From Octopus sinensis (lineage: Eukaryota), in contig NW_021826212.1 in NCBI RefSeq assembly GCF_006345805.1, positions 1-36,572 on the forward strand: a stretch of DNA of 36,572 nt. The letters run 5' to 3'. The translations under genes and the position numbers were made by a program. Of the stretch, positions 11,451-23,280 are shown piece after piece; position 1 is the first letter of the stretch, and each line of letters begins with the position of its first letter. The notes beneath the pieces were generated by a model, which saw only the letters and a program-made list of their open reading frames with translations, was not told where the DNA came from and did not search any database.

Positions 11451-11706
11451 AACCTCACGAATGTGACACAGGATGTAACCCAGGTATCCGTGACGAGGCG
11501 GGGCTCGTGGGGTCTGAATTAAACCTGCCCCCCCTCCATCCGTAATGTCTTCCGGTCTGTCCTACCATTCGATTTTATTATATTTTCTTATTTTTGTAAA
11601 ATTTTTAATGTCATTTTTTTGTATAATCATTCGCTCATCTGACCCCAAAATCAGATTGTATTGTCCCCTCTTTGTTGGCCCCTTGTGGGTAATAAAAAAA
11701 AAATCA
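11451..11706 (+). mobile_element. 5'-truncated non-LTR retroposon (LINE 3' UTR-like) with 17-bp TSD
   Basis: Flanked by perfect AGTTAATAAATCTCGCA (11434-11450, 11707-11723); ends GGCCCCTTGTGGGTAATAAAAAAAAAA; no Pol III boxes. Confidence 0.8.
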
Positions 11707-11772
11707 AGTTAATAAATCTCGCATGGATAGACCTTTTAGCTTACACGCACGCACGCACAACACACACGAATA

Positions 11773-11811
<39 letters not shown>

Positions 11812-11857
11812 GCACACACATATATACACGCATGCATATATATATGTGTGTGTGTGT

Positions 11858-12070
11858 GTTTGTCTTTGTGTTTGTCCTTACCACCACCGCTTGACAACCG
11901 GTGTTGGTTTCTTTACGGTCTCATAACTTAGCGATGTGATAAGAGACCGACAGAATATGTACTAGGCTTTAAAAAAGCTTACTTGTTATTTGTTTTACTA
12001 AATCCTTCAGTGCAGTGCCCTAGCATGGCCGCAGTCGAATGACTGAAACAAGTAAAAGATAAAAAAAAAG
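11858..12070 (+). mobile_element. SINE 3' body (family A), head absent
   Basis: Ends GACTGAAACAAGTAAAAGATAAAA; homologous to fragments at 4067, 9935, 10928, 15698 and 35280. Confidence 0.85.
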
Positions 12071-12340
12071 AAACAGATAGACGGAGAGAGGGAGAGAGAG
12101 AGGGAGAGAGGGAGAGAGAGAGGGAGAGAGAGAGAGAGAAAGAAAGAGAAAAACAGTGAGATATACATATATGTGCATATGCTCATGTGTATGTATATGC
12201 GCGCGGGTGTATGTGAGCGCTCGTGCGTGAATATTAATTTTCATTCATTAAATGTATACATATGAATAAATATGAATAAATATGAATAAATATGGTGTAG
12301 ATAGAATTTAGACTAAAACATTTTGGTCTAAAACACTTTT

Positions 12341-12757
12341 GGGATTTTTTCGGTTTGAACGGCAGTTTTTTCTAGCGGTGTCATATGAAATTGTCACCCA
12401 TAATTATGACCCTAGTATCGATCTATTGCATTTCAATCTGTTTTAGGGTTAGGAGTGGGAGGAAGGGTATCTTTTTTTTTCTTCACAAATGTAAATAAAC
12501 CCAATTTGTTTCTTAAACGAGGGACATATTCATATGGCACAGAATGTTTTTTACCTTAATAGACGTCAGTGATTGGTTGAAATTGCAGAAATTGAAGAAA
12601 AAACAACAACAAATATCTTACAAACCATAGAATTTTCTCAAGAAAGCCAAGACAAAATGACGTTTTATAAACACATTCTACCAGTATACGAAGTTTAAAA
12701 GTGTTTAGTTACGTGGAAATTATTTTAAAAAACTGCCGGTCAAACCGAAAAGATCCC
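12341..12757. mobile_element. MITE (417 bp) with 30-bp TIRs and 6-bp TSD
   Basis: TIRs 12341-12370 and 12728-12757 match at 28/30 (GGGATYTTTTCGGTTTGAMCGGCAGTTTTT). TSD ACTTTT at 12335-12340 and 12758-12763. Internal TTAGGGTTAGG. Confidence 0.92.
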
Positions 12758-13212
12758 ACTTTTGCTCAGTAATACGTTGGTCTAATAATGCTTTGGGTTT
12801 ACTGTTTAACGGAAGTATAACAACCCCCCCCCCCCAAAAAAAAAACGTTTACTACAAAAGCTTCACATTAATATTGCTACCAACAGCTGTTTTATAACCC
12901 CCAGTTCTCTAGAATATAGGGTTGATATAAGAAGAGCTCACTTGAGATATAACTTAGCATTATTCCTGTAAAACAGAGAACCAATATTGAGCTGAGTAAT
13001 TCTTTTTTGACATTTGTTCTTCCATTTCCAAAGTATCCAAGACATAAATTAATAACTCCAGTCGCACGTCACTCAGCTTTAAAGATTTATATCACGGAGA
13101 CTAACCTTGCCGAGTTTGTTTACATTGTGCTGTAACTACTTCCAGCCTCTTAACTCTTAATCCAGCCATTATACAGATCTTGTAATCTATCGCCCTACTC
13201 TTCTACGTAACT

Positions 13213-13635
<423 letters not shown>

Positions 13636-13686
13636 ATACACACTCGCGTGCGCGAGTATACACACGAACACACAGAAATGTTTATA

Positions 13687-13725
<39 letters not shown>

Positions 13726-13826
13726 TTCTGTATGTTTATCCATGGATGTATGTATGTGTGTGTGTATGTGTTTATGTATAACTAGTTCTACTGCCATCAT
13801 TCTTCAAATATTCTTTTTTGATTAAG

Positions 13827-13892
13827 GAACAAGGTTTTGATTTTGATATTCTCGTTGCTGAAACCAACACTGACGGATCTCTGACAATAAAA
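13827..13892 (+). CDS. Candidate internal exon (66 bp, phase 0-0): EQGFDFDILVAETNTDGSLTIK
   Basis: Acceptor ttcttttttgattaAG, weak donor GTTAAT, single open frame with protein-like composition in a non-repetitive island. Confidence 0.25.
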
Positions 13893-14004
13893 GTTAATTT
13901 TTTAGAAATTTTCATTTCTATGTCTTTGTGTGCACGTGAGAACATTCGTGTGTTTATGTTTATATGTGTGTGTGTGTGTGTGTGTAACTAATCATTACTA
14001 TTGC

Positions 14005-14270
14005 TACGACCACCATCATCATCTCCACCAAGAACAGTACTACGTGCACCACCACTGCCACCATCACCACCATCGCCGCCTCCGCAGCATCGCAGCTCCT
14101 GCTGCCGCCGCCGCCTCCACCACCGCCGCCACCGCCACCACCACCACCACCGCCGCCGCCACCTCCACCACCACCACCATCACCACCACAACCGCCACCG
14201 CCACCATCGCCACCACCACCACCACCACCACCACCACCACCACCACTGCCGCCGCTACCCTTTCCCCACC
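14005..14270. repeat. (CAC)n/(CGC)n trinucleotide tract
   Basis: Direct inspection; source of poly-His/Thr ORFs. Confidence 0.9.
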
Positions 14271-14540
14271 GGCACCGTCTACATCATTACTACAAATCTA
14301 CAACCGCGCAACCAAAAACCAACACAATCGACACTCCCCCCCCCCCCGCAACCTAGCAATGATGGTTTAATCCTAAAGCTTTCAGAAATGACACCAAAAG
14401 ACATCAATCTATTGTCAGAAATTGGAAAGAATTTTCATAAATAAACCATCTTTTACATAAAATTTTGAAATGGAGATGAATTTTTGACATCTCACTTTTA
14501 AATCCATTCCTTATTTTCCGTTTAAAGTTTTCAGATTTCT

Positions 14541-14594
14541 TCTTATATTTCTTGTATTTCTTGTATTTCTTATATTTCTTATATTTCTTGTATT
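14541..14594. repeat. 9-bp tandem repeat TCTTRTATT x6
   Basis: Direct inspection. Confidence 0.9.
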
Positions 14595-14788
14595 TCTCTT
14601 GAGCCTTGATTTCCTTTTTCTTTTTTTTTTTTTTATATGTGACAAAGTTTCTTCGTTGCCAACTTTTCTGCTTCCGCAGCAGGAAACTTCGATAGGGAAC
14701 TGCAATGCGTGATTCTGTGTGTGTGTGTGTTTGTGCGCGCTTCATTGCATGTATGTATGCACATATTGTTTAACTACTACTGCTGCTG

Positions 14789-14847
<59 letters not shown>

Positions 14848-15112
14848 GTTGCTGCTTCTTCATACAGATATGTTTGTTTCTAAATGTGTGTGTCTATCTA
14901 TCTATCTATCTATCTATATATCTATCTATCTATCTATCTATCTACATATATATATATATATATATAGTATAGTTAATTTGCCAACATACAGTGGCAGTCC
15001 TGAATAGGACTATGCTACTACTTTTTAACACCAGGAAAGCATCTTTTCCAGTTGGCTTATCGGTACATGATCTTTGTCCGAGACATACTATAAGTAAGGG
15101 AGTATGTGTGTG

Positions 15113-15156
<44 letters not shown>

Positions 15157-15214
15157 TACTCAGACACACATACACACACATATATTTAAAAGATAAACGT
15201 TATCGATGAAATTG

Positions 15215-15617
15215 AACTGGTCGAAGAAAGTTGTTTTAAATGATGGCGACGTTTAATGGATAATTCTTCTAAATACTGTTTACAATGTTCTGAAAAGATG
15301 ATAGTCAGATGGTTTAAGGTCGGGAGAGTAAGGAAGATGGGGTAAAACAACCATGTATGGTGCCATAATCTTTCCCTCAGTGATATGGACATCATATGGT
15401 CCTGCATTATAATATATGAGTAACACCCATTTACGACTGACCAATGATGCATACATTTTCTGTAACTTTTTGTGCAATGCAATTGGTGCAATTCGTTCCA
15501 GTTGAGGGCAACATTTCTCCGCATGAGTTGTTCGTTTAACACTTCATTATAGACGACACGCTCCATGCCTTACCAAACTCAGTGCGTAACATTTTTCGAG
15601 TGTAGTCCTGATTTGGG
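15215..15617 (-). mobile_element. Mariner transposase remnant 1 (catalytic domain)
   Basis: Translations PKSGLHSKNV..VW, RKWVLLIYYNAGPY and LPHLPYSPDLKPSDYHLFR match the mariner D,D34D region (YSPDLAPSDY); stops and frameshifts present. Confidence 0.9.
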
Positions 15618-15697
15618 ACAGAAAAAAAAAAAAACCGAACACCCAACACCATTATTTTTAACATGTATATATAAATATATCCTTTGGTTCCATTAGT

Positions 15698-15760
15698 CTT
15701 TGATTTGTTTCAGTCATTTGACTGCGGCCATGCTGGAGCACCGCCTTGAAAGGTTTTATC
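15698..15760 (-). mobile_element. SINE 3' tail fragment (family A)
   Basis: TTGTTTCAGTCATTTGACTGCGGCCATGCTGGAGCACCGCCTTGAA is the reverse complement of the family A tail. Confidence 0.85.
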
Positions 15761-15814
15761 TATCTATATAGATATGAAATAAAAGAGGATCTAGTATGAC
15801 ATATTATTTACTAC

Positions 15815-15926
15815 ATATGCTTTGTGTATTTTCCGGTGTACATGGCGGAGTATGTACACCCGGCCCTTTGAGACAGTATGTACCCCACCACGCTATTGCA
15901 GCCACCAGAAAATACACAAGACATAT
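15815..15926. repeat. Short foldback element with 24-bp inverted arms
   Basis: 15815-15838 versus the reverse complement of 15903-15926, 21/24 identity. Confidence 0.75.
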
Positions 15927-15944
15927 ATGTACATTAAGTGAAGT

Positions 15945-16320
15945 AGATCCTCTGACTTCAATGTACATGTTGTAGCGTTCCAGTCACCTCATGAAGGCCC
16001 CATGGAAGTTCTCCAAAGTGGAGACATCCAGGTCACTTGTCACAGCATCCTTTGACTTGGGGATCGACCATAAGTCACAGGAAACAAGGTTCTGGAACTG
16101 TAGATAGGGCGAGGGACAGTTTTAGGGCCCATCTTTGATCAAGTAGTTAGTTACCATGATGGAAAATTGTGGACATTTGCATTGTCCTGGTGCAGGTGCC
16201 ACGACCTGAGTGGAAGAGCTCAGATCTTTTGAGAAAAAAATCTTTACCTGTACTACCTCAAACCCCCAACAAAGTACTCATTGTTGACCGTCTTGCCAGA
16301 GGGAACCCAGTGGATTTAGA
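15945..16320 (-). mobile_element. Mariner transposase remnant 2
   Basis: IHWVPSGKTVNNEYFV, WHLHQDNA (16200-16178), a degenerate PPYSPDL..CD region and LERYN..IEVRG; frameshifted. Confidence 0.85.
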
Positions 16321-17043
16321 CAAGTGGTTCTCAAACTAGGGTCAGCGGTCCCATACTGTCGGAAAAGGGGATAACTATGAGCTTCATGGTGGACTTGCTT
16401 TGCCTAACCTTTTGTGCGAGTGAAAAATAGATCCTCGATTCGTAAAACTTAATCCTTACGCAGTCTGGAGCAATTCCTAGGTTTATGTAACGTTTTTCTT
16501 CAGTTTAATACAAGACTTTACTGCATAACCTGATTCAAAATTGTCTTCACGTCCCGACTGCATTCTGCAAACTAGTCATCTGTGACAGGCCGTGTTTACT
16601 TGGCTGTGTCCAAAATGCTGTTACAGTCGTATCCTTCAATCTGGAATAATAATGATAATTAAAAAAAAAATGTTGGCAGGTTAGTTTATTAGATGTATGG
16701 TAATGATATAGCAAACTTACAATAATTTAGGACAGTTATAACTGCTTCTCTTTAAAATGTGTGTGTGTGTGTTTGTGTCTGTGTATGTGCGTGTATGTGT
16801 GGGTATGTATGTGTGTGTGTTTAGATATTTTAAGGAGAAGCAGTTATGACTGTCCTAACACACACACACACTTACATACACATACACATACACACACATA
16901 TGATGTATATATGTACATGTACATGGATTTCTGTATAAGTATATATTTATATACATATGTATGTATGTATGTATGTATATGTGTATGTATACGTATGTAT
17001 AATATGTATATATATATTTATTTACACACATATATATACATAT

Positions 17044-17090
<47 letters not shown>

Positions 17091-17107
17091 ATGAGAGAGA
17101 GAGAGCA

Positions 17108-17143
<36 letters not shown>

Positions 17144-17168
17144 GAGAGAGAGAGAGAGAGAGAGAGCA

Positions 17169-17206
<38 letters not shown>

Positions 17207-17517
17207 CAATATATATATATATATATTATATATATATATATTATATATCTGGTGTAAATCAGATTAAGTTCCATAAAATAACTCCACCCTGTTCCCCGCT
17301 CCACCCTAACTTGCCATCGTTACATCCACCTCTAACCAATTGTTGAAACACAAATGAACCAAATCCAAATTATAAATTATTAATTCCATTCATTATTTCC
17401 GGCATTCTAATCAAGTTGTATAATGTGTGTGTGTGTATCAGTATGTGTATATATGCGTGTGCGTGTGTGTGTGTGTGAGAGAAAGAATAGCGCAAAAAAT
17501 AACATCAATCTACACAT

Positions 17518-17571
<54 letters not shown>

Positions 17572-17843
17572 CATATATTGTTTGTTATATTTATTTATTT
17601 GTGGTGTTTGTTTTTTTGTTGATATTGTTCTGCATTAGTTTCAAAGTCGATAATTTAATCAAGATGAATGCATAATCACATCAGAAATGTGATATCAAAC
17701 TGTCGGATTCTAAAGCATTCTTCGGATAGATTCATTGGACAAACTAGTTTAACTTGAATAGCAGTTTTGTTTACCAAAGAAATTCTATATGCACACTCAG
17801 TCACAAACACACACACTCACGAATACACACACACACACACACA

Positions 17844-17881
<38 letters not shown>

Positions 17882-18338
17882 GCACACAAAGAGGCACAGA
17901 CGCACGCGCGCATGCATGTATGTATGTTTGTTTACATAACTGTACGCATACTTAAATACACACACACACACATACACGTTCGCACGCATACACACTCACA
18001 CATGCACACACACATATATTCATACATACATGCATACAATTATGCAAACAGAAACATACATACATTCTTGCGCGCGTGTGTGTGCGTGTGACTCTGTATG
18101 CGTGCATGTGTGTGTGAGCTTCTGTGTGTGCGTGCGTATGTATGTGTGTGTGCACGCGCGCGTGCGTGTTTGCAACAACAACGATGAAAACGATTACTAA
18201 CAAGTGCGTGTCAATATATTACTTCGACCTGCTAGAAATAATAACCAAATCTCCATTAAATCACGTCCTGTTGCCTTAAAGACAGCTTGGACAATTACCA
18301 ATATGATAATAAAAGGAGCTGACTAACCCCTATTATAG

Positions 18339-18368
18339 ACAAACAAAAGAATGTTGCTTATTCGGAGA
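18339..18368 (+). CDS. Candidate 30-bp exon (phase 1-1 reading xKQKNVAYSE)
   Basis: Branch-point-like CTAAC just upstream of tAG and a perfect A|GTAAGT donor. All three frames are open, so the frame is not fixed. Confidence 0.25.
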
Positions 18369-18608
18369 GTAAGTTATAGAAAAAGAGAAACTTGACGTGA
18401 CAGAAGGAAAGTAGCTGCAGTCTCGAAACCAGCAATGCCAATTTTAGTGTAAATCAAGTGAAAAAGCAAACTCAATAGATATGTTCATGATTGTTCCCCT
18501 GCGTAATATATTTGATGACAACAAGAAAGTGGTGATGGGCATGAGTGGAACTCGTTTTGGTGCAATGTCTGTTCGAAAAAACTATGTGCCTATCAAACAA
18601 CAGCAACG

Positions 18609-19182
18609 GTGGAGGCGCAATGGCCCAGTGGTTAGGGCAGCGGGCTCTCGGTCGTAAGAACGCGGTTTCGATTCCCAGACCGGGCATTGTGAGTAATTAT
18701 TGAGCAAAAACACCTAAGCTCCACGAGGCTCCGGCAGGGAGGGGGAAGTGGTGGACCCCGCTGTACTCTTTCACTACAACTTTCTCTCATTCTTTCTTCC
18801 TACTTCTGTCACAAAGCAGAGGAACCATGGTATAACCCCCTATGTTGTGGTAAACTTTCAGACCCTAGTCTAGACTGCGAATCCTCTGTACCCCACGATG
18901 GTTCAGCTCTCCACCCGTTAAAAGCCACCGTTTACGGAATGAGGATAACAACGTAGCTTTTGCACCCGTGCAACCGCCAGTCTATCGCGTGTGGTGGGTG
19001 GATCTTCTAGTTGCCACACGCATTCTTAGTAGCTTAGAGTAGGCTCGAATTAGAGATTATTCTTTGTGGCTAATGGCGTGAGTCCTGATTGGAAGAAGAA
19101 GAAGAAGAAGAAGAAGAAGAAGAAGAAGAAGAAGAAGAAGAAGAAGAAGAAGAAGAAGAAGAAGAAGAAGAAGAAGAAGAAG
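18609..19182 (+). mobile_element. Composite SINE (family C head/body, long 3' module, (GAA)n tail) with 12-bp TSD
   Basis: A box TGGCCCAGTGG, B box GTTTCGATTCC; TSD ACAACAGCAACG at 18597-18608 and 19183-19194. Confidence 0.85.
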
Positions 19183-19583
19183 ACAACAGCAACGATCATT
19201 ACAAGCATCACCACGACCACGACCACCGTTATGTGTATCACCATCACTGCAATACACCCACCACCACAATCACCATCATCACCACTACCACTACTACTAC
19301 TACCACCTCCACCTCCACCCCCACCATGGCCGCCAGACTACTTTACTGGTACCTTGCACAAACTGTGTACATTGCACAGAGTAGTATGAATAATCTTGTA
19401 TCGTTTATACTATAATGTATATTGCCTGTATTTCATTTAATTATTTAAGTAAATTTAATATTTGTTTAATTTAGAACATGTTGAGCAAGGTGACCACCTC
19501 TGCTTCAGGAAGATCAGTAATCTGGAACGACTTTGGAACTAAAGGTTCCGGAAGATCGATGTTGTACTTGGATAAGTACCTGT

Positions 19584-19775
19584 AAGGCAGAGAGCTAGCA
19601 GAATCGTTTGCACGTCGGATAAAACACTTAGCGGTATTTGTTCCGGCTCTTCACGTTCTGAGTTCAAATTCCGCCGACATCAGCTTTGCTTTTCATGTTT
19701 TCGGTTTCAATAAAATAAAGTACGAATCAAATGCTGGGCTCGTTGTGATCGACTGAGTCTGTCTCCTCGAAAATA
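19584..19775 (+). mobile_element. tRNA-derived SINE (family E), diverged
   Basis: GAGCTAGCAGAATCG...GTTCTGAGTTCAAATTCCGCCGA (A/B-box-like); related to 30472-30640. Confidence 0.8.
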
Positions 19776-19824
19776 CGAAAACAGCTGATCATGAACCTTG
19801 CTGCGACCCATCTGAGGGAATGTT

Positions 19825-20113
19825 GTTTGTTCTTTCTAGAGCCATGCCTGACTCACAAGGACCGGTTTTCCGGTTTCATTGGCGTATAGGTTCTCCACCT
19901 AGTCGGGACGCCGGTCCGTCGCAGGTGAGCTGTTAGATGCAGGAGGAAAGAGTGAGAGAAAATTGTGACGAAAAAGTCAGCAGAAGTTCGCCGGAGCCGC
20001 GTGGAGCTTAGGTGTTTCACTCATAAACACACACAGCGCCCGGTCTGAGATTTGAACCCGCGATCTCTCGACCGTGAATCTGCTACTCTAACCACTAAGC
20101 CATGTACCTCCAC
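19825..20113 (-). mobile_element. Full-length SINE (family C head/body, short 3' module, (AAC)-like tail) with 14-bp TSD
   Basis: Minus-strand A box TGGCTTAGTGG, B box GGTTCAAATCT; perfect TSD TCTGAGGGAATGTT at 19811-19824 and 20114-20127. Confidence 0.92.
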
Positions 20114-20219
20114 TCTGAGGGAATGTTATGTGGGTCAATTATACGCCATGGAAACCATGGACTGGCCTTATAAGTTTTAGGGCTCAAGAAAAATAAATAA
20201 ATACTCTAGTGTTATTTGA

Positions 20220-20718
20220 TTTGGTTTACATATCATGAAGGCGGACTTCTATCGAGTCTAATTCCTTATCAACGCTGTCTGCGGTGCACTACCACACCAG
20301 AAACATGTTCGCACTGCTCTGAAAAAAAAACATGATTAGAACGTCAATTGAGTTACGCAAATATCGCTATCACCGATGTTTTTTTCCAGCTATTCAAGGC
20401 TGCTGCTGACAGGACAGACGAATGAACACCACCAACTCCCTAAAGAAGTCAACAACCTTCGTCAAACCTGCCGAGAAAACCCTGTTTTCAAATCAAATTC
20501 AAAGACCAGCCTTATCTGTAGCGGTCTCTGACTGGCAGTTGTAGGTGGATCTAGGTGAGCAGCTGAAGTGTCCACAGCAAACCGTACCAACATCGCCATC
20601 GTCAGGCAGGCTCATCACATTTAAAACGACAAAACAACTGACCATACTGGAATTTAGAGTGCCCTGGGAGGAGAGTATTGATGAAGACAAGAAGATGGAA
20701 AAATGCTAACAGGAACTG
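20220..20718 (+). mobile_element. Hero/NeSL-like RLE non-LTR retrotransposon fragment (zinc knuckle and endonuclease region)
   Basis: Manual translation: HIMKADFYRV*FLINAV..ALP, TPETCSHCS, YRYHR, FVKPAEK, DWQL*VDLGEQLKCP (from 20530), LEFRVPWEESIDE. Multiple stops, so absent from the ORF track. Confidence 0.75.
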
Positions 20719-20887
20719 CATGTTTGTTTGTATAATGTGTGTGTGTGTATGTATGTATGTATGTATGTATGTATGTATGTATGTATGTATATGTATGTAT
20801 GTATGTATTGTTTGTATGTGCATCTTACTCTCTCTCCCTCTCGCTCTCTCTGAGCACACACATACACACACGCACGCACACATGCAC

Positions 20888-20920
<33 letters not shown>

Positions 20921-20924
<4 letters not shown>

Positions 20925-21041
20925 ACAAGTTTCTTTCAGTTTCCATTTAACAAATCCACTCACAAAGCTTTGGTCGACCCAGAACTATAGTACAAGACAA
21001 TTGCTGAAGGTGCCACGCAGTGGGACTGAACCCGGAACCAT
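20921..21041 (-). mobile_element. SINE head fragment (family A), 5' clipped
   Basis: GGTTCCGGGTTCAGTCCCACTGCGTGGCACC...GGAAACTGAAAGAAAC on the minus strand. Confidence 0.85.
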
Positions 21042-21087
21042 AGCAATCAAAGCATGAGTATATATATACATACATACGTACATACAT

Positions 21088-22116
21088 TGCCTTTGAATGT
21101 CGTATCCTATCCCTTCGGCAGTCGAAGTTTCATATCTCTTGACTAAGTTTGCATACAGGAGGCTGATAACGTCATGAGACTTGGAAAGAAGCTACCTGAG
21201 CAGCATTCCTTGTCTGATAATCTTAAGCCCAAAGAAGTCGCACGACTCCACCGCAACGTATCACCGGATGAAAGGACGAGCGTATATCAGCAGAAGACCG
21301 TGCATGGATATGTTAGTAGAAAGCTCCGGAATGATTGTAACATTGATCATCAAAGCAGTCTACCATGGACCAACAACTAGATTACTAAATCCCACTTTGA
21401 AGGATATGCGTTTGCAATTCAGGAACAAGAAATATCTACCAAATACATGATGCACAAAAGGTACAAATACGCAGAAAAAGCAGCAAAAGATGATAACCGA
21501 TTCAGACGTTTTGGAATGAACACCGAAGATATCACCCACATCATAAGCAGTTGACCGAAAATGTCATCGCGGTATATCTACCGATGCGACATGATGTTAT
21601 AGCTAAGACACTATATAATGAGATCCATCGGAAGGATAATCCCGACGACAATAAGAACCTACAGTATGGTAGAAGCCATAACCACTCATAATAAAAAGGA
21701 GTATCAGTGGAATGTCCCAGTGTAAACTTCAATAAAATGTGAAGATAAAAAACCTGACATAGCAATTTGGGATAAAGCAGAGAAACTGTGTACAGTTGTG
21801 GAAATCAGCTGCCCTGCTGATGCTAACATGAAGCTAGAGATCAGCGAAAAAAGAAAATACCTATGCTGAACTACTGAGGAATCTGCAGATACTGTATCCA
21901 GATTATAAGTACGGATTTATACCTGTAATTATTCGGACACTGGAATACGTAACACACTACCTAAATACCAATCTTGAGAAATTAGGCTTTTCAAAATTAG
22001 AAAGCAGAAGGCTGATTCGGGGACAAAAGATTCAAGCCATCATTGGGACTGTAGCTTTGGTTACAAACAGACTCTTTCTCTCTTGGCATGAAATCTTGAA
22101 GTAAAACTGAATAATG
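21088..22116 (+). mobile_element. 5'-truncated R4/Dong-like RLE non-LTR retrotransposon, copy 1
   Basis: TVHGYV, SHFEGYAFAIQEQEISTKY, EDITHIISS*PK (decayed CCHC), RHDVIAK, KPDIAIWD...VEISCP (PD-ExK), YAELLRNLQ; broken frames. Confidence 0.9.
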
Positions 22117-22128
22117 ATATACATACAT

Positions 22129-22443
22129 AAAATGGTAAAGAGCCACTTCGATCGTGAATGACCATGAGATTACACCTAGAAAGTTAGACTCCGAAGCACA
22201 AGACCGGGCAAGGTTGTTATTTATTGAAGAGCAGCAGTCGCCTAGGCACGCCAAACTCCCCTCTCCATGGCACCGATATTTTTCAAGGGAGAGGCAAAGG
22301 GGCCGATACAGCTTGGCACCAGTGACGTCGAAACTCATTTCTACAGCTGAGTGAATTGGAGCAATTCACTCAGTCCGGGAATCGAACTCACTACCTCCTG
22401 ATTGTGAGCCCGACGCTCTAACCACTGAGCCATACACTTTCAC
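22129..22443 (-). mobile_element. Full-length tRNA-derived SINE (family D)
   Basis: Minus-strand A box TGGCTCAGTGG, B box GTTCGATTCC; candidate 12-bp TSD ATATACATACAT at 22117-22128 and 22444-22455. Confidence 0.88.
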
Positions 22444-22949
22444 ATATACATACATGCATGCATACATACATACATATATACATTCATAAATACATATATG
22501 TATATATACACACATACATACATACATACATAAATGCATGCATACATAAATACATACATACCTACATACCTACCTTCTTACCTACCTAGTTACCAACATA
22601 CATACATATACACATACATGCATACATACATACACACATACATACATACATATATGCATGCATACGTATAAATTCATGTCTGTGTGTGTGTTTAGTTCTA
22701 TCGATAGAATCCCTGACAGCCTCACTTCCTTCTCCGAACCCCTCTTACACAAATTCCTCATCCACCAATAACAGAACGGAAACCTATAATCTATAGGCGT
22801 GCCTCTCCCACCACTACCCACTGCCTTTTCTACTCCTCCTACCATCTCCAACACCCCTCCCACTTACCGTTCTGTCGAAATCATTGATTCAGCAACAACA
22901 TTTGAGATGTTTCTTCAGTTTGCAGTCAAATATGTCATTTTCATTCGTT

Positions 22950-23112
22950 AGCCGCCGCATCCTCCTCCTCCTCCTTTTCTTCTTCTTCTTCTCTTCTTCT
23001 TCTTCTTCTTCTTCTTCTTCTTCTCTTCTTCTTCTTCTTCTTCTTCTTCTTCTTCTTCTTCTTCTCTTCTTCTTCTTCTTCTTCTTCTTCTTCTTCCTCC
23101 TCCTCCTCTTCC
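22950..23112. repeat. (TCC)n/(TTC)n microsatellite
   Basis: Direct inspection. Confidence 0.95.
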
Positions 23113-23280
23113 TTCCCTAAATTCCCCCCTCCCTTCATAATTTTTATCTGATTCACTAAAGAAGTGTTGTTATTTAGCCCAAGGTCAGCCAAGGACGGAG
23201 CAAACCGTTAAGTAAAATGTCTTCCAAACGCAATCATCTCATTCCTTCCTTCCTTTCGTCTGTTATTATGTTGATCAAAA

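Noticed and set aside
13930-14444. Poly-His/Thr/Pro ORFs (also 19066-19415, 25495-26345, 33577-34209)
   Set aside because: Translations of tri- and tetranucleotide microsatellites with no domain content.
16321-16340. CAAGTGGTTCTCAAAC resembling a Charlie-type hAT left TIR
   Set aside because: No matching right end or TSD found downstream.
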